A DNA stretch of 64,000 nucleotides, taken from assembly GCF_009914755.1 (NCBI RefSeq), contig NC_060925.1; one strand, given 5' to 3'. The translations under genes and the position numbers were made by a program. The stretch is from the human T2T-CHM13v2.0 reference genome, Homo sapiens. How positions within the stretch are numbered: the stretch's first letter is position 1; each line of letters starts with the position of its first letter. Below, piece after piece: positions 1 through 16,581 of this stretch. The notes under the pieces were generated by a model, which worked only from the letters and a program-made list of their open reading frames with translations, had not been told where the DNA came from and did no database searches.

Positions 1-724
1 ACTGGTTTTTCCTTTCATCAACACCAGCATTGATCTCTGACAAACTTTAAAAGCAGCTCTATATTCAAAACCAGAAGAAAATCAGCATTTCTTTATCCTA
101 AGATTCTTGGAAAACAATAATAATTTGTTTACAAAAGGTAGGCACTTTTGGAATAGAGAACTGTTGTTAATTTAATCAAGACCCCTTACAAACAAAAAAG
201 GCAACAGGGAAAAAAAACAAAGTCAAATAGGACAGAATATAGGGAGGAAAAAATATTAATGATGTGATTACTGATGTAAAGTCTAGAATGGTAGTATTCA
301 CTAGATTTACTAAATGGAGAAATTGAGTACCTTTGTTTTTGTTTCAAGACATTGTAATAAATGTCAGTCATTTCTGGCAATAAATTTGAAGAGTAAAATT
401 ACAACATTAAGGTACATGTCAACTTTAAAATGTCTCAAAATATATACTGAACATGTTCACATAAAAAGATTATCTTCCATTATATGTTATTAATATACTA
501 GTATTGTTCAGCAGAGCTAAACATTTTAAAAATGAAGTCCAAGCAAGTTATTGAAAGGAGCTGGTTTTGAATTATTTATTTGATAGAATTATGTTCTTGA
601 ATAATCTTATGACAATATAAAGGTCTCAATGTGTATTCTGTTGTGTTTCTAAAAGACACACTATTCTGAAAGGCGCTAAAAATTTTTTGTGTAACTATCT
701 TCTTTTAAGGAAAGTACTACATAA

Positions 725-743
725 TGTCCACTAGAGGGCACCC
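725..743 (+). promoter_or_regulatory. Candidate CTCF site
   Basis: tgtCCACTAGAGGGCAccc fits core consensus CCASYAGRKGGCR in apparently unique AT-rich DNA. Confidence 0.6.
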
Positions 744-1072
744 TTGTAATCCATAACTGATTTAAAACAAACATTTAATTATAATCAAATTTAATATTTT
801 GGAAATTAATATTATTTCAACAGAGAAACAAAAGAGAAAAATAACTTTCTGTCACATTAACAATATGGAGAGTGTATTTTTCAAAGTGAACTCAAAAGAT
901 CAATTTATAAATTATTGACATTAGTATTAATATAATTAGTCTACATATATCTTTGGAACGCTGACTGCTAAAATGTGTTTTCATTTAGGCAGTATTTTTT
1001 TTATGGACATGGACGTGTGTTAAAAGAAGAACATTCACTTAACTTATTTCAAAAGAGTTGATCACTTGAAGG

Positions 1073-1351
1073 TTTTTTTTTGTTTTTTTTTTTTTTCTGA
1101 GGCAGAGTTTGGCATGATCTTGGCTCACCGCAACCTCTGCCTCCCGGGTTCAAGTGATTCTCCTGCCTCAGCCTCCCGAGTAGTTGGGATTATAGGCATG
1201 CACCACTATGCCTGGCTAATTTTGTATTTTTAGTAGAGATGGAGTTTCTCCGTGTTGGCCAGGCTGGTCTCGAACTCCTGACCTCAAGTGATCCGCCTGC
1301 CTCGGCCTCCAAACGTGCTGGGATTACAGGCATGAGCGACTGTGCCTGGCC
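1073..1351 (-). mobile_element. AluS-family SINE with ~30-bp deletion near its 3' end
   Basis: Alu reverse complement; poly-T tail; TSD atcacttgaag / atcgcttgaag. Confidence 0.92.
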
Positions 1352-2348
1352 TATCGCTTGAAGTTTTACAATATTTTCTTATTACTTTAACATTTCAGCT
1401 TGATAACAGTGTTCTCAATACTGAGCCAAATTACACAGTGATAAAAATAAAGATTGTCTTGCTTATCATGATTTGATTCAATTATTTGTATTATTTTGTA
1501 AACGTTTATTTTACAAAGTAAAGTATTCTTTCTAATTTTCTGCCCCACTCTCACCCCATGTAACAACTATCTTTCTTTTTTTGATTTACAATCACTTTTT
1601 TTTTGGTCAAAAGTAAGTGGTTACTCTCCTCTATAAACACTGAGTACACCATTTCTTTCCTGACCAGTAAGGCAAACTATTCAATAGATAGTATTTTTCC
1701 AAAGATCCCAACAAGTATACAGTTTTCCGAAATCTATTACATCATCCGAACAAGAAACATTGTATTTAATTACATTTATTTTATTCCCAGAGTCCAATGA
1801 ATTCCTATGAATGAAAGTGTTTCATAAATACAATACTATAAACCACACCCTACTAGGTGTGGACATCCCATCTTTTCTTATGCTTAGGAACTAAGTAATT
1901 TAAGAGAACCTAAGATATTCTTTTCTTATAAGTTTCACAGAAAATTACATCTGTAGCATTTTAAAATATGACATTTATTATATATAAAAATAAACTATTT
2001 GATTGCTCATATTTTTAAATAAGATGCTAACATATTGAGATTTCTCTTAAGTCCCTGTTCAATCAAAACATGGCTTTGAAATGCTTTACTTGTAAGTCTC
2101 TGCATGCATAAAAGTATATATGACTTCTGAGCATATTTTAAAATATAAAAGTATGTTACTCATCAACTATAAAATGAACTCATAGCTATTGTGCTATGTT
2201 CCACAAATCCATTAGAATGTTTTATAAACCATTAAATACATAAAGATCCAAAAAGACAAAAAGTTTCATTTCTAAGTGTGATATCACCTTGTATAATGGA
2301 TAAAAATATAAAATCACAGATTATATTTTATGCTTAAAACATTCTTAT

Positions 2349-2763
<415 letters not shown>

Positions 2764-2974
2764 TTATGACTATTAAACATATTTCTATTTGTAAACACTT
2801 TATTTGGGTAACATTCCAAGTGAGAGTATTTATCAACAAGCATACTGCTTTGTATCACACTGCAAATGAAAAATAACTTTCCACTCATTTTCTCATGCTG
2901 TTTTTACATAATTAACTGGAGGTTGAAAATCTAAAAATATTGCTATTCTTCCCGACATGAAATAGTTAAGAGTG

Positions 2975-3031
<57 letters not shown>

Positions 3032-3152
3032 TATATATGTATATATGTGTATATATGTATATATATGTGTGTATATATATGTGTGTGTGTGTGTGTGCAC
3101 GCGCGCACATGTGTATGTGTGGGTGGGTGGGTGTGTGTGTGCATATGCGTGT
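2975..3152. repeat. Compound (TA)n/(TG)n microsatellite
   Basis: ~175 bp of almost uninterrupted alternating purine-pyrimidine sequence. Confidence 0.97.
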
Positions 3153-4479
3153 GCCAGGGTTTTAATAGGGCTTAACAACAAAAAGCTTCAGTCCCCCACT
3201 TTCCCTAGGTTTTGTTGTGGTGATTTTGCCTTGCTTAGGGCCATCCATCTGTTAATGTCGACTTGTAATACAGCTAAGCTCTCATGCTTGTTCACTAGTA
3301 TAGTTGAGGTGTCTGTGAGTCTCATGAAGACACACAGAAACATACACATTATAACTGCTAGACTAAGCCACGCATGGCTAATATGGAGCAATATCTCAGA
3401 TATATATAACTTTTACATATTATTTAAAGAAATTTCTTATTCTTAGAAAAGAAAATGTTAGTAAATGTTTACAAGTAAGTATTTTTAAACATAATCTCAG
3501 ATTATAGATTTATGTTATCTTATATTTTTCACTAAGTCTCCAGTATTCTATTCTAAAATAAAACTGATGAAAGAACATAAGTACATAGGATTAAGACTGT
3601 TCTGCACCATGACCAGTGGCTATATTCTCAGTGGACTCACTGGCCCTGTTTTCAATAAAACCAGAGAAGGATCCTTTCCCTGGAGTCCTGTTAGGCTGGG
3701 GCTGCTGTTGGAACTGTCATCTTTACACAAAAGGGAAAAGGGTTGGGTTTTACAAATGTGGAGCCTAATTGGGAGATCTTCATGGCTGTACCCTTGACAT
3801 TTATTTAAGCCTCATCAACAAAACGAGCAACAGCCATACTAATTAGCAGACCAGCACACAAATTACTATTTGTTGGATGTGGACTATAGATTCACAATCT
3901 ATTCCAAAGATAAGCTAAATAATGGAAAACAGGTTTAAAACACAGGCTTAGAACTTTGTTCTTTTCTACAGCACACAGATTGTAAAACTTCATAATGTTT
4001 TACTTTAAAATACATTCTTGGAATTTAAATGATCATAATCCCATTTTCATCTTTTGAAAAACAGATGAAAATAAAGTCTCTCACTGACAAGTCTAGCTGG
4101 AAACTGGAAATGTAAAGTTCTTTAGACAACTGAGATCCACTTCTGAAATGAATAATCAAATGGACTAGGAATAGGATGAGTGAAGACTATACTCAATTTT
4201 ACTCACAATAAAATGACATACTCAAGGTCTTCTAAACTTATAAATAAGATATTTCTTGGTACAATAAGTTTTATATTTCTATTCAAGTCATAAACTGGGA
4301 TCTATGGTCATCCCTACTTAGAATGAAGATGGATAATTTTAGGAGTCCTAACTACTTTAGTGATTAGAGATTATTAGTGATCCTGGACTATAACTACCAA
4401 GAGAGAAATCAGATGGTGCCACTGCTACAGAGACCTGGAGTTCAAGATATATGATATGGTAACCATAAACAAACAGCTA

Positions 4480-4950
4480 CCGATTATCAAGTACTTATTA
4501 TGTGGCAGATATTTTATATACATTATCTATAATGCCTATAGCATCCTGGGAAAATAACTTGTATTATTATTTTACAAATGTAAACATTAAGGCTTAGGGA
4601 TATTTTGTTTTGCTCAATGTTAAATCCTAGTACCTTTTTCAAAGTTAAGTTCTGTCTGGCTCTAAACTCCATATCCTTATTTCTAACTATCCCTCTTCTA
4701 CAATCACTCCATCCAACATAAAGGCATGACAATAGTGGTTAGGTACCTAAGTTCTAGAATCAGTCTGCCTGCTTTTTAATTCCTATTCTGCTATTTATTA
4801 CTTGTAGAACTCTGGGCACATTTATTAGTCTCCATTTGTTTCTAAATCTGAAAAACGCGGATAATAATTCTTGCCCTGACTGGATTGTTGGAAGTTTTAA
4901 ATGAATCACGTAAATACAAACATACACAGACAGCCTCACTGTTATCAAAA
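4480..4950. mobile_element. Two degenerate MIR fragments in opposite orientations
   Basis: MIR core-like motifs (attattattttacaaatg..., ctgctatttattacttgt...ctgggcacatt). Confidence 0.55.
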
Positions 4951-6296
4951 AACTGTCCATCTTTTCCAGGTCTTCTGAGGCTGCTCTAGGGCATTTTTCT
5001 ACTATTTCAACTGTATAAAAATTGAAGTTTGAAAAATAGTAGTAGGAACATGAAAATTATCTAGATTACAAAAATCACAAAGGTCCCTGCAGAAATTTGC
5101 CTTTAGGCAATTAAATTCACCACATAACAAATCTTTTAAAAGAATTTGGATACTTGAGCCAGTTCTAACATGACAGTGATGCTACTCTTCAGTAGCCTTA
5201 CAGTAGGAAGAAAAGAGTGTATATTATTTCCACTTGTACCTGTTTTCACCTTTTTTAATGAGGTTCAACAGCTAGTAAACTAAGCTGTCTTTGAGAGAGG
5301 TATTAATGAGACTGAGCATTTCAAATAATAGAAACAGCACAGAAAAGACTAAATGAAGAAAACTAAATTTCTGTCTTCCAAAACAAAAGTCTTTGTCTCT
5401 GCTAGGTACCTCCACCAGAATGTGAACTCTTGTGACACTGAAAAGATTTGTGGATCTAAAACATCTAACCTATTTCTTTGGAATGACTGGGTAATTCATA
5501 AGCAACTTTTTAAAAACCAAAACTTTGCGGATTATGAATCATGTAGCTGTGCTTTTCTCTTCTTTTTGGCTGTGCAGGGAATAGGCCTTAACAGCTTCTT
5601 AACTACATTTAACATTTTCTCTGCCTTAAAACTTACCTAATTTTAATACAGTTTAATCTTTTTAAGGTTCTTTGTAAGATATTAAAGTATTTTTGGAAAT
5701 AGGTAGAATATAAATGAATAGACATTAGTTTCTCTGACATACATGCTGATAACTAGACTTTAACCACATCCAAATATTTCTAGAAATATTACATATTTAG
5801 TTGAAAATCTTAATATACTCAGATACCAATATTATTATACTTGGAGAGTTAGGAGTAAGAGAATTCCTGGATTTGGTAATCATCATGCGACAGTATGCCC
5901 ATGGCTCTAGCATCAGCTTTCTGCCTCTTCCATAACATACTGTATCATATTTCACTTAAATCAATGGGGCTGGATTATCTCCAGAAAAGTGAACCAAAGA
6001 AGCTTCTGCAATATCAGACTGCAAAGAAAAGGCAGCAGACTATGGCTGATGCCTTTTGATTTCCTTGCCCAATGTGCAAATATAGTACCCTAAATTCATT
6101 TCCACCTGTAGCCTTTTTTGCTAGTGTAAGTGGCTCAATTCTCAGGAGAGAAGGCAACATCAATCCATTAGGGTAGGCTGACCTTAAACTTATCAAACCC
6201 CAGATTTGTGGTACAAATTTCCAACCTCCAGGCATTTAAAAATGCAGATCTGTTTTTGTTATTTTGCAAATATGACTTTTTGGCAAATAGCATTAC

Positions 6297-6610
6297 GGCA
6301 GTTCCCCCTTACCCACGGGGGATATGTTCTAAGACCCCCACTGGGTGCCTGAAAGTACAGTTAGTACCAAACCCTATACAAACTATGTTTTTTCCTAAAC
6401 ATACATACCTATGATAAAGTTTCATTTATAAATGAAGCACAGTAAGAGATTAACAACAATAACTGATACTGAAAAAGAACAATTATAGTAATACTCAGAA
6501 CAGCATGTCATTAAAAGTTTATGAATTATTTATTTCTGGGATTTTTCATTTAATATGTTTTGACCACACTAACTGTAGGTAAATTAAACATTGAAAAGCA
6601 AAATAGTGTG
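6297..6610 (-). mobile_element. MER44A-like (TcMar-Tigger) non-autonomous DNA transposon
   Basis: ccccttacccacgggggatatgttctaagacccccact...catacatacctatgataaagttt matches recalled MER44 end. Confidence 0.75.
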
Positions 6611-6968
6611 AAGCAATCAGAAACAGTAGACATCTTGTGAGATATTGTCACAGTCCTTAAAACCACTTCTCTGAGAACTGCTTCCCCTGTTCACCCCACT
6701 CACCTCTACTGCCCTTCCTGTGTCCTTGGTAACATGGTACTCTCCTTGCCTCTCTGGCTGGAGTTTATTGAACGAAGAATTAATGCCTGGTCCAAGTGAG
6801 CTGATTACATTCTTCCTTAAGGAACTGGATTCTAGAATTATTATCCATTTCTAGTGGCTGCTTCAACTGAGGGCCTATAAGATCTGTGTCAAGGACACAG
6901 AGAAGCTGAGAAAACCAGTCTACAGAATGCACAATGAACAAATAAGCAGAAAGAACAGGCCAAGCATT

Positions 6969-7200
6969 AAAGGGGGAGTGGGAGGGGAGGAGAGAAATGA
7001 AGGAACAGGGGATGGGAGAGGGAGGAAGATGGAGAAAAGAAGAGGAAGAAGAAAAGGGACAGAGAGGGAGAGAGGAAAAGAGGGAGAGAGACGGAGGGAG
7101 GGAGAGAGGGAGAGAGAGAGATTGAGAGAGAGAGAGAGAGAGATAGATGAGATGAGATGAGATGAGATGAGATGAGATGAGATGAGATGAGTAGGGAGAG
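6969..7200. repeat. Purine-rich tract with (GA)n and ~10 copies of (GATGA)n
   Basis: Direct reading. Confidence 0.95.
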
Positions 7201-7748
7201 AAGCTGATATTCTTCCCTGATTACTTTTTCCATTTCCTAGTTCTAATCCTACCGGAAGCCTAGATATATTCCTGCAATTAGATGTCCTAAAGAATGCCTA
7301 TATCCTTATAATAAATGGCTTGATATTATTTTATTTAATTTGTGAGTTTGCTAACACTATTAAAACTAAATAATTAAAATCAAGGATTTGATGATAATTT
7401 CAATGTAAACGTACCCGCTCTGCTTTTATAAATAAACTGTTGGCCACCAATTGGCTATCATTTCAAAGCAGTAACAACCCAACATCAATTCAAAGAAGTA
7501 ACATTAGTAATGCAAGATAGCATGGACTCTGGAAGCCTTGGGAAAAAAATTAAGGGTGAAATGTAGCAGAAAACAATTGCTAGAGGGCCCAAAATTTAGC
7601 TCTTTGTCAAATACATATGTGAATCTAAAACTAAAAAATCAAATTTCAATTACAGAAAAAAATGCAAGCAAAATCCTAAATTATAATAGATATTAGTAGG
7701 CAGGATATGAACTCTTAAAAATTTTGCTATTAAGATATATACAACACA

Positions 7749-8079
<331 letters not shown>

Positions 8080-8469
8080 TTATATAATGGGACACATAAC
8101 GAATACAAAGAAACATACATACTGGGTATACATGTTTCCTGAAACTCAGATATTTATCATTTGAAAACTAAAGATTGTTATTCAGATATTATCAACATTT
8201 GCATCACAATTCTAAACATGTATGTTTAATCAATTCTTATACACCAGGTAGGAAAATCATGTTAGAATTCTTAAAGAATAAGCCCTACTCCTCTCAATTC
8301 CTGTTATAATTATTGCTGTCATGTCTACTGTAAACCATAAAATGCTAATCAATGCAGATAACTGAATTAATGATAATATATAGTAGCCCTGAAGACTTAG
8401 TGTAAGTATACACTGAATGGAACCCATTATTCTATAAGGTTTTCCGTAACCTAATACAATTTTCTCTAT

Positions 8470-9035
8470 CAGAATGTACAGTGTGAGGACTATAGTTAAT
8501 AATATTGTATTGTATACTAGAAAATTACTAAGAGAATAGATTTTAGGTGTTCTTACTTTGCAAAAAAACAGGTAAGATAATAGATGTGTTAATTTGCTTG
8601 AGGGCAGTAATCATTTCGTTATGTATATGTATATCAAAACATCATGTTATACACGTTAAATATATATAATAAAAAAAGAAATTGTCTCTAGAAGTTAACA
8701 GAAAACAAAAACAGAAATCAGTAATGTATTTTTTAATTACATTATCATAAAAATGCTATGCATGTTAAAGGAAAGAAGACTTTAAAATTTTTTTTTAAGA
8801 TCTACTTTACAGCATGGTGAATATAATTAATAACAGAGTACTGTACATTTTAAAATTGCTAAGAGAGTAAATTTCAAATGTTCTTCCCGCAAAAAATGTT
8901 AAGTATTTGAGGTGATGGATATGTTAACTAGCTTTATTTAATTAGTCCACATTACATTCATGAATCATAACATTACTTTAGACCCTATAAATTTATATAA
9001 TTATAAACCATCAACTTGTAATGAAAAATAAATTA
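8470..9035 (+). mobile_element. Two tandem 3'-end fragments of old L1MA/MB elements
   Basis: actatagttaataat...aaaattgctaagagagta... 3'UTR motifs occur twice, each ending in an A-rich tail. Confidence 0.7.
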
Positions 9036-9641
9036 ATTAAAATATGAGGAGCTAATAGTAGTTGTCGTAATTTGAAACTGATATTTAGGAAACGTGTTTC
9101 TCCAATATAAATAATGTTTTTTTACATCTTAAAGTATCCTATAGGTAACAAAGATCTCATATTCGTTTTCACAGAAAATCTACTCGCCATGGTAAAGATA
9201 ACCTAAATGCTCCATATTAAGCCATAAACATTTTACAACAGTATTTGAGATGTTAAAGCTTGAAAACAGACAAGAATTGAACATATTAGTGGTGGGAAAA
9301 AAAACAACAGAAAAATCAATAGCAAATCCATTATTAGTTCACACATTAATAAATGTTCTCCAGTTAACAGCAGTAACAAGAAAAGGTTTCTGACTTCGGC
9401 AATAATTATTTTATTGAAGGGCTTATTTTAGAACAGACAATCAGTACTGACTATCAGTATGCTACAATCACACAATTCTAATGTGAAAATATCAGCTTAA
9501 TAAATGAATAATCACGAGGAAATACTCAGTATGTTACAAAAACAGTCCCATGAAAGCAGAGAATTTTTGTGTTTTCCTTTTATATATACCTGGTATCTAG
9601 AAAAGTGTGTGGCATATAGTGTTGATGAATGACTGAATTAA

Positions 9642-9677
<36 letters not shown>

Positions 9678-9726
9678 GGACTAGAGTTTCAGTACAGCTT
9701 CACTATCCTTTCCCATTCTTAAAGAC

Positions 9727-10072
9727 TGTTGTTACGGTTTGAATTTTGTCCTCTCAAAATCTCATGTTGAAATTTAATTGCCATTGTAATGGTATTAAGA
9801 AGTGGGACTTTTAAGAGGTGATTGGGCCATGAGGGTTCCACCCTCTTGGGTGGGATTAGTGCTGTTATAAAAGGGTGAGTTTGGCCCCCTCATCTCTCTT
9901 GCCTTTCTGCCTTCCACCATGGGATGACACAGCAAGAAGGGCCTCATAAGGTGCCAGTGCCTTGATCTTGGACTTTCCAGCCTCCCGAACTGTGAGAAAT
10001 AAACTTCTGTTCTTTACAAATTACCCAGCCTCAGGTATTCTGGTACAGCAGCACAAAATGGGCTCAAAGACA
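9727..10072 (+). mobile_element. ERVL-MaLR solo LTR (MST family)
   Basis: TG...CA ends, cagcctcccgaactgtgagaaataaa, 5-bp TSD aagac on both sides. Confidence 0.88.
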
Positions 10073-10953
10073 AAGACCCTGGAAGCACCTTATGGCCATG
10101 TATACTTCTGTGGTGCCTGGCTATCCAGGAAAGCTAACTGAGCATCAGAGATGGCTTTTCGCCTCCTTCTGCCACTGATCAGTTATGAGACTTATGGCAA
10201 GTGTTGTGACCATTCTAGCTATCAACTTTCTCATCTGCAAACCTTGGCAACTGTTATAAATGAAGCTTTGCAGCCACTTCCAGTTCTGTAATTTTGTAGC
10301 TACAGTCCACTCAAGAATTCTTTTTTGAAGCTAGTTTTCTAAGGCCACTTAAGATACAATTTTGTATATACCAATTTTGTTTAGTTAGAGCCTTCATAAA
10401 TGTACTTATGAAAAAAAAACCAGGAACACTTATAGCTATGATTCTGAACACTCAGTCACTTGAAACAATATTTTAAGTAGCATCAGCATATAAAAAGAAG
10501 CTTTAACTATTTATAGCAAATAAAATAATCTAACTTTAGAATAGGATAGACTTATAGTAGTTCAGATTTTAATTTCTATAGACTATTTTAATGGCCAAAT
10601 ACCCATGTATAAGATTGATTTTATTTTTGTAGTAAAGGAATCCTATGATTTCCAGTTTATCATCAAGCTATTCACACTCTATAAGAATCACACATTCAAT
10701 TGTCTTTTCCTTCACTGGACTATGAGATCTATGAGGGCATGGGCTAACAAAGCATGTAGAAACCGATATCTGAAACATTTGACTCTCAATCCCCTTGTAG
10801 CCTTCCCAGGTTCCACTAACTCCTCCCCTTGACCAATACTGCAGGTTTTCATATAAGATAAAAAATTAGTGGATCCAAATTGTTCCTAAATAATTTACTG
10901 GAATTATATAATTTGAGAATGTGGGGGAATGAAGGGTAAATAACCTTACTTAC

Positions 10954-11061
10954 CTGAGCAAGCTTACGCTTTTCTGAGTTTCCTCCCTTTTCATTGTGTA
11001 ATTTGTAAACTGGTGTATATTGTACAGAACTAGAACAGGTCCCATAATCTTCTTCATTTTC
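10954..11061 (-). CDS. DENND1B: DENND1B coding exon, 108 nt, phase 0-0: ENEEDYGTCSSSVQYTPVYKLHNEKGGNSEKRKLAQ
   Basis: catgtgtag| acceptor, CAG|gtaagt donor; in frame; no further exon recognised toward the window start. Confidence 0.94.
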
Positions 11062-11948
11062 CTACACATGAAAAAATATACAGGCAATAATTGTAAAGTA
11101 CTCCTTTTATTACTAACGTATTAGATTAATAAACAAAGTATCTGATATACATACAAGTAGCAAAATAACACTTCAGCTTTAAGTGTAAAGAATCTATTTA
11201 AGAAGAAAATGCATTTTTCTATAATCAAAATTAATAAATTTAATTAAATAAGGTTAATGATCTTAATTATTTATACTGATAAATTTAATTTAATAAAAAT
11301 AATTAAAAATCTTTGATTACTTTGAATAATCTGAATAAAATTTATATAAAGATAATTTGCTATCACTACACTGGAAGATTTAAGTAGTATGTTTTCTCCA
11401 AAGGTAAAAATTCAAAACATAACTGATAATAAAATCTGTGAAGATACAAATTAAAATCAACACACATATACACATATTTACATGTCTGCAATATTCATAA
11501 CTTAAATACATACATAATATTTTGTAAATTAAGAACATTCTTCATTTTAAAGTAACTACTATTGGAATGAGACTATCAAAACAAATGCTGGCATTCCTGG
11601 GTTACTTCTACACAAAAGATATCTTTTAAAAATATTCTTAGCATAAAGCAAGAACTTCAATTGTGATATCAAGGCAATTAACTTTATGAAAACATACATC
11701 CTGTTAAAACATCTTTGAAGATTTCCATAGTTCTGTGATAAAATATTCAAACAGTAAAGAGATTATTCAGTGAATGCATACAGAAGAGCAGATAGTTGCC
11801 AGAGGGCTTGTTATAAAAAATACATTCTTGAACAAAGGGCTAAGCATATTTCAAATGTCATTAAAAACACAAATTTCTAATTTGTAAGTATAAACTTCAA
11901 ACTAATACAAGAATCAAGGTAAAATGGAAAAAAATGAATATGACATAC

Positions 11949-12005
11949 CTTGTGTTTTAGTTTACTCTTCACTTCCTTTAGTCCCAGCTTTGCATGATTT
12001 TTTGC
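11949..12005 (-). CDS. DENND1B: DENND1B coding exon, 57 nt, phase 0-0: AKNHAKLGLKEVKSKLKHK
   Basis: attttctag| acceptor, AAG|gtatgt donor; in frame. Confidence 0.95.
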
Positions 12006-13874
12006 CTAGAAAATGATAATGAATGTGCCTGGCTCAGGATGGTTCCATTACCATTTAAAGAATAAGTATACAAGATCAAATTTAATGACAATTACTAAAT
12101 ATTCATATGATTTAGAAAAAGAACAGATTATAATCTAACATTCTATTTTCAGGGATACACATATCACTTACTATTTTATTACACCTAAATCAGTTGGTAA
12201 AACCATTAGTCTCTTCTTTGTATACAAGTATCATACAAAGGCTAACATTTAGACTATTTTGTTTCCTAAACTATAAAGAACACAAAAGGAATAAACCAGA
12301 TTACAATGTTAAAACTGTAACAAACTGGAGGAACAGAGAAAGTACATCCCCGCAGCAAATTATTTGGGTAGATGCTTGAACTTGAAAAAACTTTGGCAAT
12401 TTTACAAAGCTTTATTAAGAGCTTTTACAGGCAGACACAGAATTTTATTAGCAGAGCCATCTTAATGGAATGGTATTTCATATATAGTTTTTCTGGTAAA
12501 ACTTAAAAGTCATTTAACAATTTAAAGCTATCCTCATGTTTCACAGGGAACCTGGCCCCAGCATTTGAGTTTCTCACATCCTGCTGTGATTCCTGTGGGG
12601 TATAACTTAACTAAAGACAACTGGGGGCTTTCACAAAAGCCTTAGCCTTTGTTCCACTAGAAATTCCTACTCACAGTGGCAAAGGTGAAAAAGAGGAGAA
12701 AAGGAATTCATATTTATTTTGTTTCCTAAATATATGACTGTGTGCTGGGTGCTTAGCATGCATTATCTTAGGTAGTTATCACAACAATTCTGTAAGATTA
12801 GTACTACTATGATCACATTTTAAAATAAGGAAAGTGACTCAGGGAGACTGTAATCTAGCTAACTATCCTCGAATCCACTTGATCACACTAATCTTTTCAG
12901 ATGCTCTTTAGTATACAGAGTTGAAGCTACTAGTGTCAGTCTCTTCCATGGTTCTATAATTCCATAGTGCACTGATTCATTAAAATAATTGTTGTCCCAT
13001 GTCCTCCTCTGACTTCCTTCAGATAACCTGGAAGGCCGGATATAGGTTCTCTCTATCCTTTTCAACTTACCAATTTGAAGCTTAACACAATGCAAGTATT
13101 CTCCAGAGAAATGCTCCAAGCAAATGGCTTTGGTAATAATTTAAAATGGAGACCTAACAAGAAAGATGACTCTGAAAACCGTTTAGCCAAATAAAATATG
13201 AATTCCACTTTGCTGTTATTCTTAAATTTATACAAGTGTGTATGATAACTCTAGTTTTCTTTATGGCCCCTATCAGCATAGAAAAACATATGCATGAAAA
13301 GCATAGGAAAAAAAATTTTAACTATAAAAATAAGTATAAAAATGTTATAAGAACAGGATGGAATCATTATTTGCTTTGACAAACACATATTCAGTATTTC
13401 TGTAGTATGTTCAAAGTGCAGAGCAAAGTGATAGGAAAACAAATATAAAAGTAGGGACAGTATCTCTTACTGTACCTTCATGTTCTGCTATAACTCCAAT
13501 GATGAGTATAAGGCCTAGTTCACGATAGGCACTCAAATAATTTATTGAATAAATGAGATAGAGGTAAAAACATGATTCCTACTTTTGAAAAATTTACTAT
13601 CTATAGAAAACCAAGGTAAGTAAATTCTGTTATACCACACAACAGAAATTAGGAGTTTTATTCATAGCAATTTGTGGTCAAAGAAGGAATTTCAGAGTAC
13701 ACATTTCAGAAAATGAGCAGTCTGGAAAGATCAGTTTTAGAAACAATTACAAAGATCACAGAATGACTGACTTACCTGCCCCAAACCTCCTGATTCAGGG
13801 ATGATATGATCACAAGATAAATGATAAAAAAGTGATTAGGTATATTCTAAAGATCTTAATTCACCTGAAATTAA

Positions 13875-14234
<360 letters not shown>

Positions 14235-15668
14235 TAGAATTTTTAATTTGAAAAGATTTTACTTCCTTGCAGAGAAGAGTTCAAAATAAAATACTCCACT
14301 GATTAGAATGATAAATTTTAAAATAATGAATAGGGTTTTGAACATGTTTGCTTCATTGCTGCGCTTTTGTGAAAAATATGAGTGAAATTAAGGCAAGACA
14401 CATATTTGGCAAAACAATACAACTTCTCTAAGCCTAAAAAAAACCCTCAACTGCCTGCTCCAGAAGAAAATGAAGGGCTATTGACTGTGAAACCATTTTT
14501 AGAATCTTAAATGAATGTGAGAAACAAGGATCAACATTACTTTGCTTTTTCACATGGTAGTTGTGTACTATTTCATTGTAAAAAAAAATCTCTTCAAAAA
14601 CTGCACTTAAACCACCAGAGAGGTTTCCTAGGAAAGCCATAGAACAACCAAACAAAACGCAGAGGCTGAGGTTTCTAAGGGAAAATGATAACCTTGTCTT
14701 ATTTTGGCCTTATGGTTAGGGATCAAATAATTCTAATTTTGGGACTGTATTTTTTAATCAACTCTATAGATTAGCTTCCCTACTATAAAATTTAATATTT
14801 GAATGGAATTTTTAAACAGAAAGGGTGGCCACATTCATATCACAATTTTAACTCAAGGAATAACAGAAGTTCTAAACTTTTATTAAAATATACTATTTTA
14901 TTATTAATTCAATCACATCAACTCACTTACCGAGAAAAGCTTTTGAAGACAAATTCTTACAAAATCAAAACCCTTGCCTTAAATATTTTTAGAAATATAA
15001 AATATCCGACCTATTGAATTTTAAAAAATTTATTGAACACAACACACTAGCTTCTCTCCTGGGAAGTTACTAGACTAGTATTGAGAGAGAAATGTACACA
15101 GACAAAACAAGTGTTGAAACAGAAGGTCCTACAGATACAAAAATACGTATATAAACATTTTTGTGTAGGGTTGAGAAGACAAAAATATGTATAAAAGCTT
15201 TTTTTGTGTACGGTTCAGAAAAATTTTTTCAGGGGAAATAATGTCTGAACTAAGTCCTGTAAAATGAACTGGTGTTGACTAGGTGGATAAAGGCCAAGAA
15301 ACTGACATTCCAATTAATAGGAATGGCTTGAGCAAGAATCAAAGGGCAGAGGAGAATATCTCACATTCATGAAATGAGGAGTAGCTAAGTGTCTTCAGAG
15401 ATATGGAACGTTCTGAGGAGTAGGGGGAAAAGGAACTAGACATGAAGGGTTGGGTTTTGAAGGGTCTTAATTGTCATATTAAAGAGTTTTTTTACTTTAT
15501 CATTTATTATTTACTTTATTATTCTTACTATTATTCCCATTATTTTTTTTCTGCAAGTCTTACAGCAGCGGTGTCCAACCTTTTGGCTTCCTTGGGCCAC
15601 ATTAGAGAAAGAAGAATTGTCTTGGGCCACACATAAAATACACTAACATTAACACAAGCTGATAAGCT

Positions 15669-16581
<913 letters not shown>

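Noticed and set aside
2893-3446. Several overlapping ORFs
   Set aside because: Dinucleotide-repeat artefacts
9647-9672. Poly-T tract as the tail of a retrocopy
   Set aside because: No TSD or element body identified; relevant only as an oligo-dT mispriming site on the gene strand
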